DNA from: Candidatus Lindowbacteria bacterium RIFCSPLOWO2_12_FULL_62_27
GTDB lineage: Bacteria; Lindowbacteria; 2-12-FULL-62-27
DNA: 64,000 bases
NCBI GenBank assembly: GCA_001784175.1
Contig: MFPR01000044.1
Coordinates: 1-64,000 of the forward strand
Direction: 5' to 3'
Below are positions 18,107 through 27,753 of the stretch, one piece after another; positions within the stretch are counted from its first letter, which is position 1, and every line of letters begins with the position of its first letter. The notes under the pieces are model-generated. The model was not told the DNA's origin and searched no databases. It saw only the letters and a program-made list of their open reading frames with translations. Both the position numbers and the translations under genes were made by a program.

Positions 18107-21100
18107 TTATTCTCCTTTCGGAAACGGCTCCACGCCGGTGTTGGCAAAGTACAACCACGCCGTCGGGCAGACGCCGTACATGGGCGTATGCCAGGCGCCG
18201 CCCTTTGACAGATCGTCGCGCGAGTGCTGGAGCGCGCCGTCCGCCCGCTGCTGCGCGTTCATGTCGCGCAGGTATTCCGCCGCGCCGGCGCCGCCGGCGA
18301 TGATGTACTGGAGCGTGCCCTCGTTCCAGACCGTGTAGGGGCCGGTCGCGTCGAAGCCGCGGATCTGCCCGTCGGCGGTTTTGCATTCGAGATACCGGCG
18401 CGCGAACGCCAGGGACCGCAGGCCGCGGTCCGGCGCGCCCGCGCCGGCCGCGAAACTCGCGCCCCACGTCTGCACGTCGAGATAGGGCTGCAGGTCGGCC
18501 GGCGCCACCTGAAAGCGGCCTTCCGCGTCGTTCCAGACTTTCGTCAGAAGGTACTGTTTGAGCCGGTCCGCCGCGGCCATCAGCCCCGCCGCCGTCAGCG
18601 CGCGCCACGATGTCATGTTGCCCTCGGTCACGTCATGCAGGCGCCCGTCCTCGCGCTGCTGCGACGCGAGCCACTGCGCGCCGAGCTGCAACATGGCGGC
18701 GTACCTCGTGTCGCCGGTGACGGCCGTGTATCGATGAATCCCATAGACGATCCACGCGGCGGACCCGATCCAGCGGTTGTCGAATTCATACAGCACGCCG
18801 GGAACGTCCGACCGAAACCATTTCTTGCGGTCGTCGTCGGACAGGTCGACCGGTTTGCCGGCATCGAGCATGTATCCGTCGTTCCAGTGGCCTTCGGGTT
18901 TCTGGAGTTTCTCCAGCGCCGCGAGCAGCCGTTCGGCGGCCGGCCGATTTTCGCGCGCAAGGACGATGAGGCAAATTCCCTGATCGTAGGTCCAGCCGAA
19001 AGGCCTGTGGTCGTTTTCGTAGGAGAGGATCAATCCCGACGGCTGCTGCATCGACGCGATCCATGCGGCGGCTTTCCGGGCGACGCTTTCGTCGCCTTTG
19101 ACGTACTCGAACCGCGCCTGCGGCGATGGCGCCTCGAGCGACGAGTCCGGAGCGCGGCCGAACAGAGGGCTGTCGATCCAGACGGTCCCCTTGCCGCCGG
19201 CCATTTTGCTGACGGCGAAAAAAATCTTACGAAGTTTCGCCGGATCAAACGTCCCGTCCCCGCCCCACCAGTATTTGAATTCCTTGATCGGGATCGCGAA
19301 GTCGCGCCAGTCTTCCGTCGCCGTCGCACCCTCGATCGCGCGGCCCGCGTTGACGCCGTCGGCGTCTTCCAGCTTGATTTCAAGCTTGTTGGCCGGGCCC
19401 GTCCCCTTCAACCGGAACTTGAACGCGCCGAAGTTCCGGAGGTCGAGGTTCACATCTTTTTTCACCTGCGCCCAATTTCCGGAGGAGAGATCATACTCGA
19501 CCCGGAGGGCGCCGTGGTCGGCGCCAATTTTGACGGACGCGCCCTGATCGTGTTCCGTTTTCCATTCGTCCGGAGGCAACAACTGTTGCCGGTCGCTTTC
19601 CACGACCGGTACCCAGAATCCATCGTCGGCGAGTTTCGGCCGGTCCCGATCGTGCACCCGCACGAGTACGGGCCGGCCGGACACGCGGACGACCACCGGC
19701 CGCTCGTCTTTGGCCCGCGCCGCGACCTCGAAACTCTCCGGCAAGCCGCTCACGACTTCCGCGCCCAGCACGGAAAGGACCGGACGCACCACAACCGACG
19801 CATGGGACCGGTTGTCCGTCACGACCGAGAGCCGCGCCTCGCGCTGAGTGGGCGCAGACGGCGGCACGACGACTTCGAAAGAAATGCGCCGGTCAAGATC
19901 GATCTCAAGATCGATCTTCTGCCCGGACACGGGGACCAGATCCATCGTGTCCGATCCCGGTATTTGGATCACGTGGCGCGCCTGTGCCGCCAGCGCGACC
20001 GGACCGGCTTTTCCGCCGGCCAGCGCGAGGTCCACGATTTCGAGGCCGTCCTCTCTCCATATCTTAATGTTGCCTTCGACCGGCCGGCCGGACTGCGTGA
20101 TCGTCGCGCGCAATTCCGCGTCGCGGTCGAGTTCCGGCATAAGGGAAAGATAGTAGCTGTTGTGCGGCAGCCAATCTTCGCCGCTGGAAGGTCCCTCGCC
20201 CCACCATTCGGGTTCCTCCGTCGTCTCGTTGCCGCTGACGATGCCGTTCGGAATCTCTCCGGTGACCGGGCCCTTTCCGTAAAACGCCGACATGTGCGCG
20301 CCGGATCGGCTGCCGACGCCGGCCATCATGCAGTATCCGAGCGGATTCTTGCCGAGGGCCCACTGCATCTGCTCGTCCGCGAACCATTCGAGCGCGTAGG
20401 CGCCCCAGAGCTGAGCGAGCTTGATCGCGACGTAGCCGTATCCGAAATGGTCGCAGTTGAGACCATGGAACGACGCGGCGGCGCGCTCGCCGGCCTTGCC
20501 GGAGAAAAATTTCGGATAAAAGCGCCCGTCCTCCCCCGGTTCGAGTCCATGCGCGATCTGCCAGTAGGGCGACCCGGCGGACATCGCGTGGAGGTATCGC
20601 CGCGCGAAGACCGAGTTGGCGTAATGGATCGAAAACCAGTGTGGATGGTCCCGCGGCAAATCCTCCTCCAGCATCGCCAGCGCGAGGTGAATCCCGACAT
20701 TGAAGGACACGAACTTGTACTGGAAATGGAAATCGCGTTCGGCGGCGGAAAAGAAAAAGTTTCCGACCGCGCCGTTGGCGATTTTGGACGGATCGAGCGA
20801 CTGGAGCGCGAGCAGTTTCGGCAGGACTTCGTCGAGGCGGTGAAGGTACTCGCCTTCGGGAAACCTCCGGTGAAGCGATGCGGCGGCGTAGAGGTAGATG
20901 CCGTAGTCGTGCGCCGTCTCGAGCGGCTGCGCATCGATCCATTTCCAGGCCGTCTGAGCGACGCGCGCGGCGCGGTCCGCAAGCTCCGGGTCGATCCTGC
21001 GGCCGGCGTCAGCGCCGTCGAGGAGCGCGGCGACGTTGAAGCAGGTTGCGTGAAGATTTTTCTCCAGATACTTGACGCGCGGGATCGTGTCGTCCTCGCG

Positions 21101-22348
21101 GCGGAGGGGGCCAAGCCGGGAGATAAAATCATCGTACGACATGAATTTTTTGAAATCCGCCTCGATCCCGCCCCAGCTCACGGTGCCGTCCGGCTCGGGT
21201 ACGTCGGCGAGGAAGCGCAGGCCGAATCGCAGTTCGTCCAGCGCGTCGTCCACGCCATCGGTGTCGGCGTCCGGGCGGTACGCGCCAAGCGCGGCGTATC
21301 GAGCCAGCCCCAGAACATAGTGCGGGAGCGACCACATGCGTTTGGAGATGTCCATCTGCGTGTCGTGGTACCCGCCGGGCACGGGATCGTCCTTGTGGCA
21401 GACGATGCCGCACCGCATCCAGCGGGCGTAGGCGTACTGCGCGGGGGCGGTGCGCACAGCCAGCACCCGGGGGGCGATGTCGAACGGATAGGAGGCGGTC
21501 GCCCATTCCACGTTTCCTCCCTCCTTCCAGACGCGCACCTGAATCTGGTACGTACCGGCCGCACGCACCGCGCTGAATTTGCTGGTGAGAAACCGGCCCT
21601 CCCACCGGTCGAACTTCGAGAGCTTAAGTTCCCCCTCGTACACCGGCGCTTCAGCGCCAAGCGCGACGACGCGAAACGCTCCGGACAGTACCGCATCCCG
21701 CGGGGCGTCCAGCACGCGGACCACAAAAGATTTGTCGTCCCACGGATGGTATCCGACCTGCGACGCGTGGATCTGAACGACCGGCGCGCCCGGGGTGCGC
21801 GGCGCGATGGAGAATTCGTCGATGTCGAGGAATCCCGCGCGTTTCAATCCCCGGCTCACGGCGAACCAGACACTCTCGACCTCGTCGAGCTTGCTGTCGC
21901 CGCCCCAGAGATAATGGCAGTCGCGGAACGGCACGGTCACGGCCGTCCAGCCGTCCGGAGAAACGCCGGTGATCGGCAGTTTCATTCCGTAGTAGGATCC
22001 GTCGCGGTCCTTGAGTTTGAGTTCAAAGACGCTGCCGATCGCGTCGCCGCGCAGATAAAAACGAAACGACTCGGCCTCGCGCCATTTGAAACTGGCCGTA
22101 CGGCCGATTTCGACCCAATGATCGTTCAGGAGATCGTACCGAATCCGGATCGCGCGGCCGGTCTGTCCGTCGACCGATTCGGTCGAGATCGTGGCCTTCG
22201 GCGCGTGCCCGGCCGTCCACGCGGGGACGTCGTCGAAGGAAAACAACGGCGCCGTTTCCGAATGAGTGATGACGGGGAACAGCAGGAGGGCGGCCACGGA
22301 AGTCAAAAACGCGCGCACCAAGACCGAGATACCGTTTGCAGGGACCAT
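18107..22348 (-). CDS. Multimodular secreted glycoside hydrolase: CBM11-like, Ig plus GH9-like, CBM11-like, second (alpha/alpha)6-like domain
   Basis: SQVGYHP Ig-like module, GGYHD, QMQWALGKNPLGYCMMAGVG, GEDWLPHN; two YxWGGD-type CBM domains; C-terminal WTYDQ...TEGN...DVQTWG...WNEGT domain. Confidence 0.75.
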   Translation of the reverse strand: MVPANGISVLVRAFLTSVAALLLFPVITHSETAPLFSFDDVPAWTAGHAPKATISTESVDGQTGRAIRIRYDLLNDHWVEIGRTASFKWREAESFRFYLRGDAIGSVFELKLKDRDGSYYGMKLPITGVSPDGWTAVTVPFRDCHYLWGGDSKLDEVESVWFAVSRGLKRAGFLDIDEFSIAPRTPGAPVVQIHASQVGYHPWDDKSFVVRVLDAPRDAVLSGAFRVVALGAEAPVYEGELKLSKFDRWEGRFLTSKFSAVRAAGTYQIQVRVWKEGGNVEWATASYPFDIAPRVLAVRTAPAQYAYARWMRCGIVCHKDDPVPGGYHDTQMDISKRMWSLPHYVLGLARYAALGAYRPDADTDGVDDALDELRFGLRFLADVPEPDGTVSWGGIEADFKKFMSYDDFISRLGPLRREDDTIPRVKYLEKNLHATCFNVAALLDGADAGRRIDPELADRAARVAQTAWKWIDAQPLETAHDYGIYLYAAASLHRRFPEGEYLHRLDEVLPKLLALQSLDPSKIANGAVGNFFFSAAERDFHFQYKFVSFNVGIHLALAMLEEDLPRDHPHWFSIHYANSVFARRYLHAMSAGSPYWQIAHGLEPGEDGRFYPKFFSGKAGERAAASFHGLNCDHFGYGYVAIKLAQLWGAYALEWFADEQMQWALGKNPLGYCMMAGVGSRSGAHMSAFYGKGPVTGEIPNGIVSGNETTEEPEWWGEGPSSGEDWLPHNSYYLSLMPELDRDAELRATITQSGRPVEGNIKIWREDGLEIVDLALAGGKAGPVALAAQARHVIQIPGSDTMDLVPVSGQKIDLEIDLDRRISFEVVVPPSAPTQREARLSVVTDNRSHASVVVRPVLSVLGAEVVSGLPESFEVAARAKDERPVVVRVSGRPVLVRVHDRDRPKLADDGFWVPVVESDRQQLLPPDEWKTEHDQGASVKIGADHGALRVEYDLSSGNWAQVKKDVNLDLRNFGAFKFRLKGTGPANKLEIKLEDADGVNAGRAIEGATATEDWRDFAIPIKEFKYWWGGDGTFDPAKLRKIFFAVSKMAGGKGTVWIDSPLFGRAPDSSLEAPSPQARFEYVKGDESVARKAAAWIASMQQPSGLILSYENDHRPFGWTYDQGICLIVLARENRPAAERLLAALEKLQKPEGHWNDGYMLDAGKPVDLSDDDRKKWFRSDVPGVLYEFDNRWIGSAAWIVYGIHRYTAVTGDTRYAAMLQLGAQWLASQQREDGRLHDVTEGNMTSWRALTAAGLMAAADRLKQYLLTKVWNDAEGRFQVAPADLQPYLDVQTWGASFAAGAGAPDRGLRSLAFARRYLECKTADGQIRGFDATGPYTVWNEGTLQYIIAGGAGAAEYLRDMNAQQRADGALQHSRDDLSKGGAWHTPMYGVCPTAWLYFANTGVEPFPKGE

Positions 22349-22375
22349 GCCTCAGATGCTAAATGTCAGATCACC

Positions 22376-24787
22376 ATGATGTCAAGAAATCATTTGATGC
22401 TCATCGCCGCCGTCCTACTGGCGCCTGTGGCCGCCGCCGGCCAGACGGACGATGCTTTGATCAACGAGATTCAGCGCAAGGCGCTCGATTATTTTCTGGA
22501 GCTGCAGCATCCCCAGACGGGACTCATCTTGGACCGCGCGAATAATTTCACGCCAACGGAGTGGTCCTACGCGCCCGCGAGCACCGCCACCGCCGGATTT
22601 GGCCTTACGGCCTACGTCGTGGGCGCGGACCGCGGATGGATCACGCGCGAGGAGGCGTACGCGCGTAGTTTGAAGGCCCTCCGGTTTTACCGGGACCGCG
22701 CCGAAGTCCACTGGGGATTTTACTATCACTTCGTCGACGCGCGGGATGGCGCGCGGATGTGGAACTCGGAAGTCTCGACCATCGACACCGTTCTGTTTCT
22801 GGCGGGCGCGCTGACGGCGGCGGAATATTTCAAGGGCACCGAGGTCGACACGCTGGCGCGCGAATTGTACGAGCGCGTCGACTGGCCGGCGCTCTTGTCC
22901 GCCGACAAGCGGCTCATCAGCATGGGGTGGAATCCGGAGCGGGGGCTGCTTGCGTCGAGCTGGGACAGCTACGCGGAACTTCTGATCCTGTATCTCATGG
23001 CCATCGGATCGCCGACGCGTCCGGTTCCCGCCGACCTCTGGGACAACTGGCGGCGGCCGGTGGGCGAGTACGACGGCCACATCTCGATTGCGATCGGGCC
23101 GCTCTTCACGCACCAGTATTCTCACCTCTGGATCGATTTCCGGAACAAGCACGACCGGTACGCGGATTATTTCGAGAATTCCCGGCAGGCAACGCTCGCC
23201 AATCGCGCGTTTTGCGCGCGGAAAAAGAAATCGTACCGGACCTATGACGATGACGTGTGGGGGCTGACCGCGTGCGACGGGCCGGACGGATATCGCGCCT
23301 ACGGCGGGCCGCCGGCGCCGCCGATCCATGACGGGACCGTGGCGCCGACCGCGGCCGGCGGGTCGATCGTCTTTGCGCCGGACGAGGCGATTCAATGCAT
23401 GAAGACGATGAAGGAACGGCACGGCGGAAAACTCTGGGGAAAGTACGGCTTCTCGGACGCCTTCAACGTGGACCGCGACTGGTGGGACAAGGACGTGATC
23501 GGGATCGACCAGGGGGCGATGCTGCTCATGATCGAAAATTACAGGACCGGACTCATCTGGGAACTTTTCATGCGGCAGGACTGGGTGAAGCGCGCGATGG
23601 ACGCGGTGGGATTCAAGCCCGGAACGAAGCGCCTGACCGAGTCGGACGTGACGATGGCGCGGGCGAAATTCAAAGACCGGGAGGACCGGCCGCGTCTGGA
23701 GGCGCCTGCAGTGACGGCGATTCCCGCCGCCGACGGCAAGCTGGACGATTGGGCCACGCCAAAGTGGGTGGAGCTTCTGTATCCGGACGACGTTGAAACG
23801 GGCCGGAGGACTTCCGCGGCCGACCTGTCGGCGCGATTTTCCGTCTGCCGGACCGAAGAAGCGCTGGCGCTGGCCGTGCGAGTGACAGACAACGACATTC
23901 AAAACCCGCACCCGCAGACCGAACTGTATCGAGGCGATCTGGTCGAAGTGTACGTCGATCCTCAGTCGAACGGCCTGCAATGGGGCGACGCGCAGGAGTT
24001 TCAGATCGGCATCGCGCCGGCCGCCCGCGGCGCCGACAGGGACTCCGACTGGTACGCGTGGTTTCAAAACGGCCGGCCGGCCGGCATATCGGCCGGAGCC
24101 GCCGTCGATACGGACGGATACACGGCGGAGCTGGTGATGAACTGGCCCGCGCTAGGGTTGACGCCGGCGCCGCGGCGGATCGGATTTTCAGTCGGCGTCC
24201 ACGACGTGGACAGCGACACGACGCCGGACTGCAAGGTGCAATGGTTTTTCCTCGATCCAGGAATTCTTCTGGGCGAACTCATTCTCGAATCGTGGGACAG
24301 CGGCGTCCTCGCGGACTTCAATGCGCCGTCCGACCTGAAACGGCTCGGCCGGGATTTCGGCGACTGGAAAAGCGACCCGAACGACGGCGCGCAGGGCGTG
24401 AAGGTCGATTTTGCGGAAGGCCGGGACGGCGCGTGCCTGAGATTGCGGTACGATGTCGAATCAACGAAGCCGGCCTTCAACGGATTCTGGATGAAACTCG
24501 GCCGGTTCGACGCGTCGTCCTTCAACCAGTTCCTGTTCGACATCCGGGGAGACGAGACCGAGGGCATGCCGCGGCGGATCAAAGTCGAATTGAAAACCGC
24601 GGACCGGCAGGCGTCGACGTATGTGGAGGGCATCGGCCCCGAGTGGCGGACGGTGCGGCTGTCGAAGTCGGACTTTCCGGCGATCGGCGACTGGTCAGGT
24701 CTGACGGAGTTCGTGATCGTGTTCGAGGACAAGTCGGCCGGGGAAAAAACGGGCGTCATTTATCTGGATGACATTCGATTTAAATAG
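22376..24787 (+). CDS. GH144-like endo-beta-1,2-glucanase with CBM9-like and CBM11-like domains
   Basis: Signal peptide; SEVSTIDT, LFTHQYSHLWIDFR, WGLTACDGPDGY, GTVAPTAAGGS, WGKYGFSDAFN, IGIDQG; DGKLDDW...GDLVEVYVD (CBM9-like). Confidence 0.88.
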   Translation: MMSRNHLMLIAAVLLAPVAAAGQTDDALINEIQRKALDYFLELQHPQTGLILDRANNFTPTEWSYAPASTATAGFGLTAYVVGADRGWITREEAYARSLKALRFYRDRAEVHWGFYYHFVDARDGARMWNSEVSTIDTVLFLAGALTAAEYFKGTEVDTLARELYERVDWPALLSADKRLISMGWNPERGLLASSWDSYAELLILYLMAIGSPTRPVPADLWDNWRRPVGEYDGHISIAIGPLFTHQYSHLWIDFRNKHDRYADYFENSRQATLANRAFCARKKKSYRTYDDDVWGLTACDGPDGYRAYGGPPAPPIHDGTVAPTAAGGSIVFAPDEAIQCMKTMKERHGGKLWGKYGFSDAFNVDRDWWDKDVIGIDQGAMLLMIENYRTGLIWELFMRQDWVKRAMDAVGFKPGTKRLTESDVTMARAKFKDREDRPRLEAPAVTAIPAADGKLDDWATPKWVELLYPDDVETGRRTSAADLSARFSVCRTEEALALAVRVTDNDIQNPHPQTELYRGDLVEVYVDPQSNGLQWGDAQEFQIGIAPAARGADRDSDWYAWFQNGRPAGISAGAAVDTDGYTAELVMNWPALGLTPAPRRIGFSVGVHDVDSDTTPDCKVQWFFLDPGILLGELILESWDSGVLADFNAPSDLKRLGRDFGDWKSDPNDGAQGVKVDFAEGRDGACLRLRYDVESTKPAFNGFWMKLGRFDASSFNQFLFDIRGDETEGMPRRIKVELKTADRQASTYVEGIGPEWRTVRLSKSDFPAIGDWSGLTEFVIVFEDKSAGEKTGVIYLDDIRFK

Positions 24788-24796
24788 CTGCATTTT

Positions 24797-24901
24797 CCCC
24801 CCTCTCCCGCCTCTGGCGGGAGAGGGATGGGGTGAGGGTGGCAATTTCCGGCGCCTAGGGACCCCCTCACCCTAGCCCTCTCCCCCTTCGGGGGAGAGGG
24901 G
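24797..24901. repeat. Inverted doublet of REP-like palindromes (REPIN-like)
   Basis: CCCTCTCCCGCCTCTGGCGGGAGAGGG-ATGGGGTGAGGG followed by the inverted CCCTCACCCTAGCCCTCTCCCCCTTCGGGGGAGAGGG. Confidence 0.85.
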
Positions 24902-24958
24902 AAGAACTATCAGCCCTTATCTTAGCGGGCATGCGAGGTACAGAATCGGAGGCGAGCC

Positions 24959-27178
24959 ATGGTTCAGTATGCGAATGAACGAGTCAAGTCCGGCGTGCCG
25001 CTCGGAGGGATCGGGACCGGCAAGGTCGAGGTCCTGCCAAACGGCGGGTTGTACGGCATCACGTTTCAGAACAACTGGAACGCGCCGCTGATCGGCCCGT
25101 TCGAAAATGCCCGGCGGCCCTATCAGGGTCTTTTGGGATTTCATTTCGGCGTTTTTGCACGTCTGTCCGGCCGGCGGACGGCGTTTTTGCTTCAGACGGA
25201 GAAAATCCGGAGTCTGCCGGCTGCGGACCGGATTCTCTACGACGGGCTCTGGCCCAAAGCCGAGTTGACGTATGAGAAACGCGGCGTGCCGGTCCGGGTG
25301 CGGCTGACGGCATACGGCACGGTGCGCGCCGGAGACGAAACCGGCAGCGCGGCGCCGGCGGCGCTGTTCCGCTTCACCGTCACGAACCGCGCAACCCGGG
25401 CCGCCGACGTGAGCCTGCTCGGCATGGTGCGGAACATGGTCGGCGCGGACGAGATCGGGCGGGTGAACCGGCTGGAGAAAACGCGAGACGGCGTGTCCGT
25501 CATCTGCGCGACGGCCAATCCATATCCGGGCGACGCAACGAGCGGCGAATATGCGCTCAGCGCGCCGATATCCGGCAAGGTCACGTGGATGCGGCAGTGG
25601 AACATGCAGACGACGAATTTCAGGTTTGATCCTGACACGATCGATCTTCGTGCATTTGAGGCGTTCCGAAAAACGGGCGATCTGCCCAACACCGAATACG
25701 GTGCCCGGGTCAGCGCCTCCGGCGCCCCAAGTGCCGGCGTCTCCGACGCCGGCCCGCAGCGCGGCGGCGGCGCGGCCTTCGGAGGCGCGCTGGCCGTCAG
25801 GAGAAAAATTCCGGCGGGCGCGACGCGCGTTTACGATTTCGTCCTCTCCTGGCATTACCCGATTCACCACGCCGGCCACCGGTACGAGCGACTGTTCAAA
25901 AGCGCGCGCGAGGCAGGCCTGTCGATCCTTCGGACGCGGGACCGGCTGGCCGAATCGTGCAGCCGCTGGCAGAAACCGATCCTGGAGTGCGGCCTGCCGG
26001 ACTGGCTGAAGGACGCGCTCTGGAACAATTTGTACGTGCTGACCAGCACGACGTGGTGGGACCGGAAAGGGAACTTTGCGTTCTATGAAGCGCCCGTGAT
26101 CTGCCCCCTCATGGGCACGCTCGACGTCCGGTACTACGCGACCGTTCCCTTTGTCCGAATGTTTCCGAACCTCGAGAAAAACGAGCTTCACCAGTTCGCG
26201 CTGGCCCAGAGGCCGGACGGATACATCCCGCACGACCTCGGCCGAAACCGGCTCGACAATCCGAACGACGGGACAACGCATTACCCGTGGAAGGACCTGA
26301 ACCCGAAATTTGTCCTGCAGGTATACCGGGACGTGCTGTGGCTCCGGGCCCGCGGGTTTTTGCGGCGCATGTATCCGTCGGCCAAGAAGGCGATGCTGTG
26401 GAGTTTCGGCACCGACAAAAACGGCGACGGCCTTCCGGACAACGAAGGCGCGGACCAGACCTATGACGTGTGGGAATTTTTCGGAACGAACTCTTACACG
26501 TCGTCGATTTTTCTCGCGTCGGTCCTCGCGTTTGAGAAATTGGCGGCACTGCAAGGCGACCGTGCGATGACGCGGGCCTGCCGGGCGCGGTTCGTCCAAG
26601 GGCGCGAGAGTTTCATCCGCCAGCTCTGGAACGGCAAGTATTTCGTTGCGGGCTGGAGCAAGGGCAAAGTCTACCCGGCCAGCATCGCGGGCCAGCTCAA
26701 CGGCCAGTGGTATGCGCACCTTCTGGGGCTTGGCCATCTCTTCCCCGCGCACATGGTGCGGTCGGCGGTTCGGGAAATTCTGCGATTGAACGGCCGGGAC
26801 TCAAAGTACGGCGTGACCAACAGCGTTTTTCCAAACGGCCGCCGGGATTTGTCCAACGCCCATGCCTCCGGGATATGGCCGGGCGAAAGCTATGCGGTGG
26901 CGGCGCTGGCGATTTATGAAGGGATGGAAACCGAAGGGTTGGCAATCGCGCGCAAGACGTGGGAGAACATGACGCGCGTTCAGCGCAATCCGTGGAACCA
27001 GCCCGACGTCGTGCACGCGGCGGACGGGACGTTCGGATTCGGCGATTACTACATGCGCAACATGGCCGTGTGGGCGGTAGCCGAAGCGCTGGCCGCGCGG
27101 CGGCCGGCTATCCGGAAGGCGCTGGACGCCGTCTATTCACCATCGTCCGCCTTGCCTCTCCCCGCAGTGGAGGTATAA
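24959..27178 (+). CDS. GH116 (GBA2-like) beta-glucosidase, cytoplasmic
   Basis: SGVPLGGIGTG, FYEAP...GTLDVRYY, PHDLG, WKDLNPKF, DQTYDVW, IAGQLNGQWY, IWPG, YYMRNMAVW; no signal peptide. Confidence 0.9.
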   Translation: MVQYANERVKSGVPLGGIGTGKVEVLPNGGLYGITFQNNWNAPLIGPFENARRPYQGLLGFHFGVFARLSGRRTAFLLQTEKIRSLPAADRILYDGLWPKAELTYEKRGVPVRVRLTAYGTVRAGDETGSAAPAALFRFTVTNRATRAADVSLLGMVRNMVGADEIGRVNRLEKTRDGVSVICATANPYPGDATSGEYALSAPISGKVTWMRQWNMQTTNFRFDPDTIDLRAFEAFRKTGDLPNTEYGARVSASGAPSAGVSDAGPQRGGGAAFGGALAVRRKIPAGATRVYDFVLSWHYPIHHAGHRYERLFKSAREAGLSILRTRDRLAESCSRWQKPILECGLPDWLKDALWNNLYVLTSTTWWDRKGNFAFYEAPVICPLMGTLDVRYYATVPFVRMFPNLEKNELHQFALAQRPDGYIPHDLGRNRLDNPNDGTTHYPWKDLNPKFVLQVYRDVLWLRARGFLRRMYPSAKKAMLWSFGTDKNGDGLPDNEGADQTYDVWEFFGTNSYTSSIFLASVLAFEKLAALQGDRAMTRACRARFVQGRESFIRQLWNGKYFVAGWSKGKVYPASIAGQLNGQWYAHLLGLGHLFPAHMVRSAVREILRLNGRDSKYGVTNSVFPNGRRDLSNAHASGIWPGESYAVAALAIYEGMETEGLAIARKTWENMTRVQRNPWNQPDVVHAADGTFGFGDYYMRNMAVWAVAEALAARRPAIRKALDAVYSPSSALPLPAVEV

Positions 27179-27179
27179 T
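27152..27179 (+). promoter_or_regulatory. Sigma70-like promoter of the TA operon, probably leaderless
   Basis: TTGCCT-N16-TATAAT, 6 nt before ATG 27186. Confidence 0.55.
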
Positions 27180-27185
27180 AACTGT

Positions 27186-27413
27186 ATGGATGAAGTGATT
27201 CTGGAACGAGAAGCGATGCGACTGCCCCCGCATGAACGTGCCCTCCTGGCGGACGCGCTCCTTGGTAGTCTTGATGACGATGCCACACGAGAAATCCAGG
27301 CGGCTTGGGCGAACGAAGCAGAGGATAGGATGGAGGCCTTTCTCCGGGGAGAAATTAAGGCTCTCGATGGTCCGGAAGTTCTGCGGGAGTTTCGTGCGCG
27401 CTACCAGAGGTGA
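27186..27413 (+). CDS. Putative addiction-module antitoxin component
   Basis: 75 aa with LPPHERALLADALLGSLD...AWANEAEDR...G pattern; overlaps a ParE-like start (GTGA). Confidence 0.85.
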   Translation: MDEVILEREAMRLPPHERALLADALLGSLDDDATREIQAAWANEAEDRMEAFLRGEIKALDGPEVLREFRARYQR

Positions 27414-27496
27414 GATACCGATTTCTTATACCCGCCCAACAGGATCTTGCGGAAGCTCTGGAGTATTATGATCGAATAGGTGCCGTGATCGAATAG
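27410..27496 (+). pseudogene. Truncated RelE/ParE-family toxin
   Basis: GTG start gives MRYRFLIPAQQDLAEALEYYD, typical of a ParE N-terminus; stops after 28 codons at the edge of an inverted-repeat element. Confidence 0.75.
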
Positions 27497-27684
27497 GTGC
27501 CGCACATAGACTTATAGACTTATTACTCGTAGCATAAATATTTGACACACGAGTAAAGACGAAGTCATTTACTACGAATTGAACGCGAAAGAGCGCGAAA
27601 ATTTTCACAGGGAGATGTTATGCGGTTCGCGTTGTTTTGTGCCATCGCTCTGTGAATAAGTCTATAAGTCTATGTGCGGCACCT
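27495..27684. mobile_element. MITE-like 190-bp element with perfect 30-bp terminal inverted repeats
   Basis: 27495-27524 AGGTGCCGCACATAGACTTATAGACTTATT is the exact reverse complement of 27655-27684; AT-rich non-coding interior. Confidence 0.8.
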
Positions 27685-27753
27685 TAACCAAGGAGGCGGC
27701 TGAGTCCACACGCGAAGTCAAGCGCGTTCTAAATAATACCGATAATTTAATAT

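Noticed and set aside
18224-22375. N-terminal 1384 aa of the 2187-aa plus-strand ORF
   Set aside because: It is the antisense shadow of the GH9-like gene; the real protein starts near 22376 with a signal peptide.
27469-27502. 17-bp duplication as a target-site duplication
   Set aside because: Both copies are on the left side and overlap the TIR; no matching copy follows the right end.
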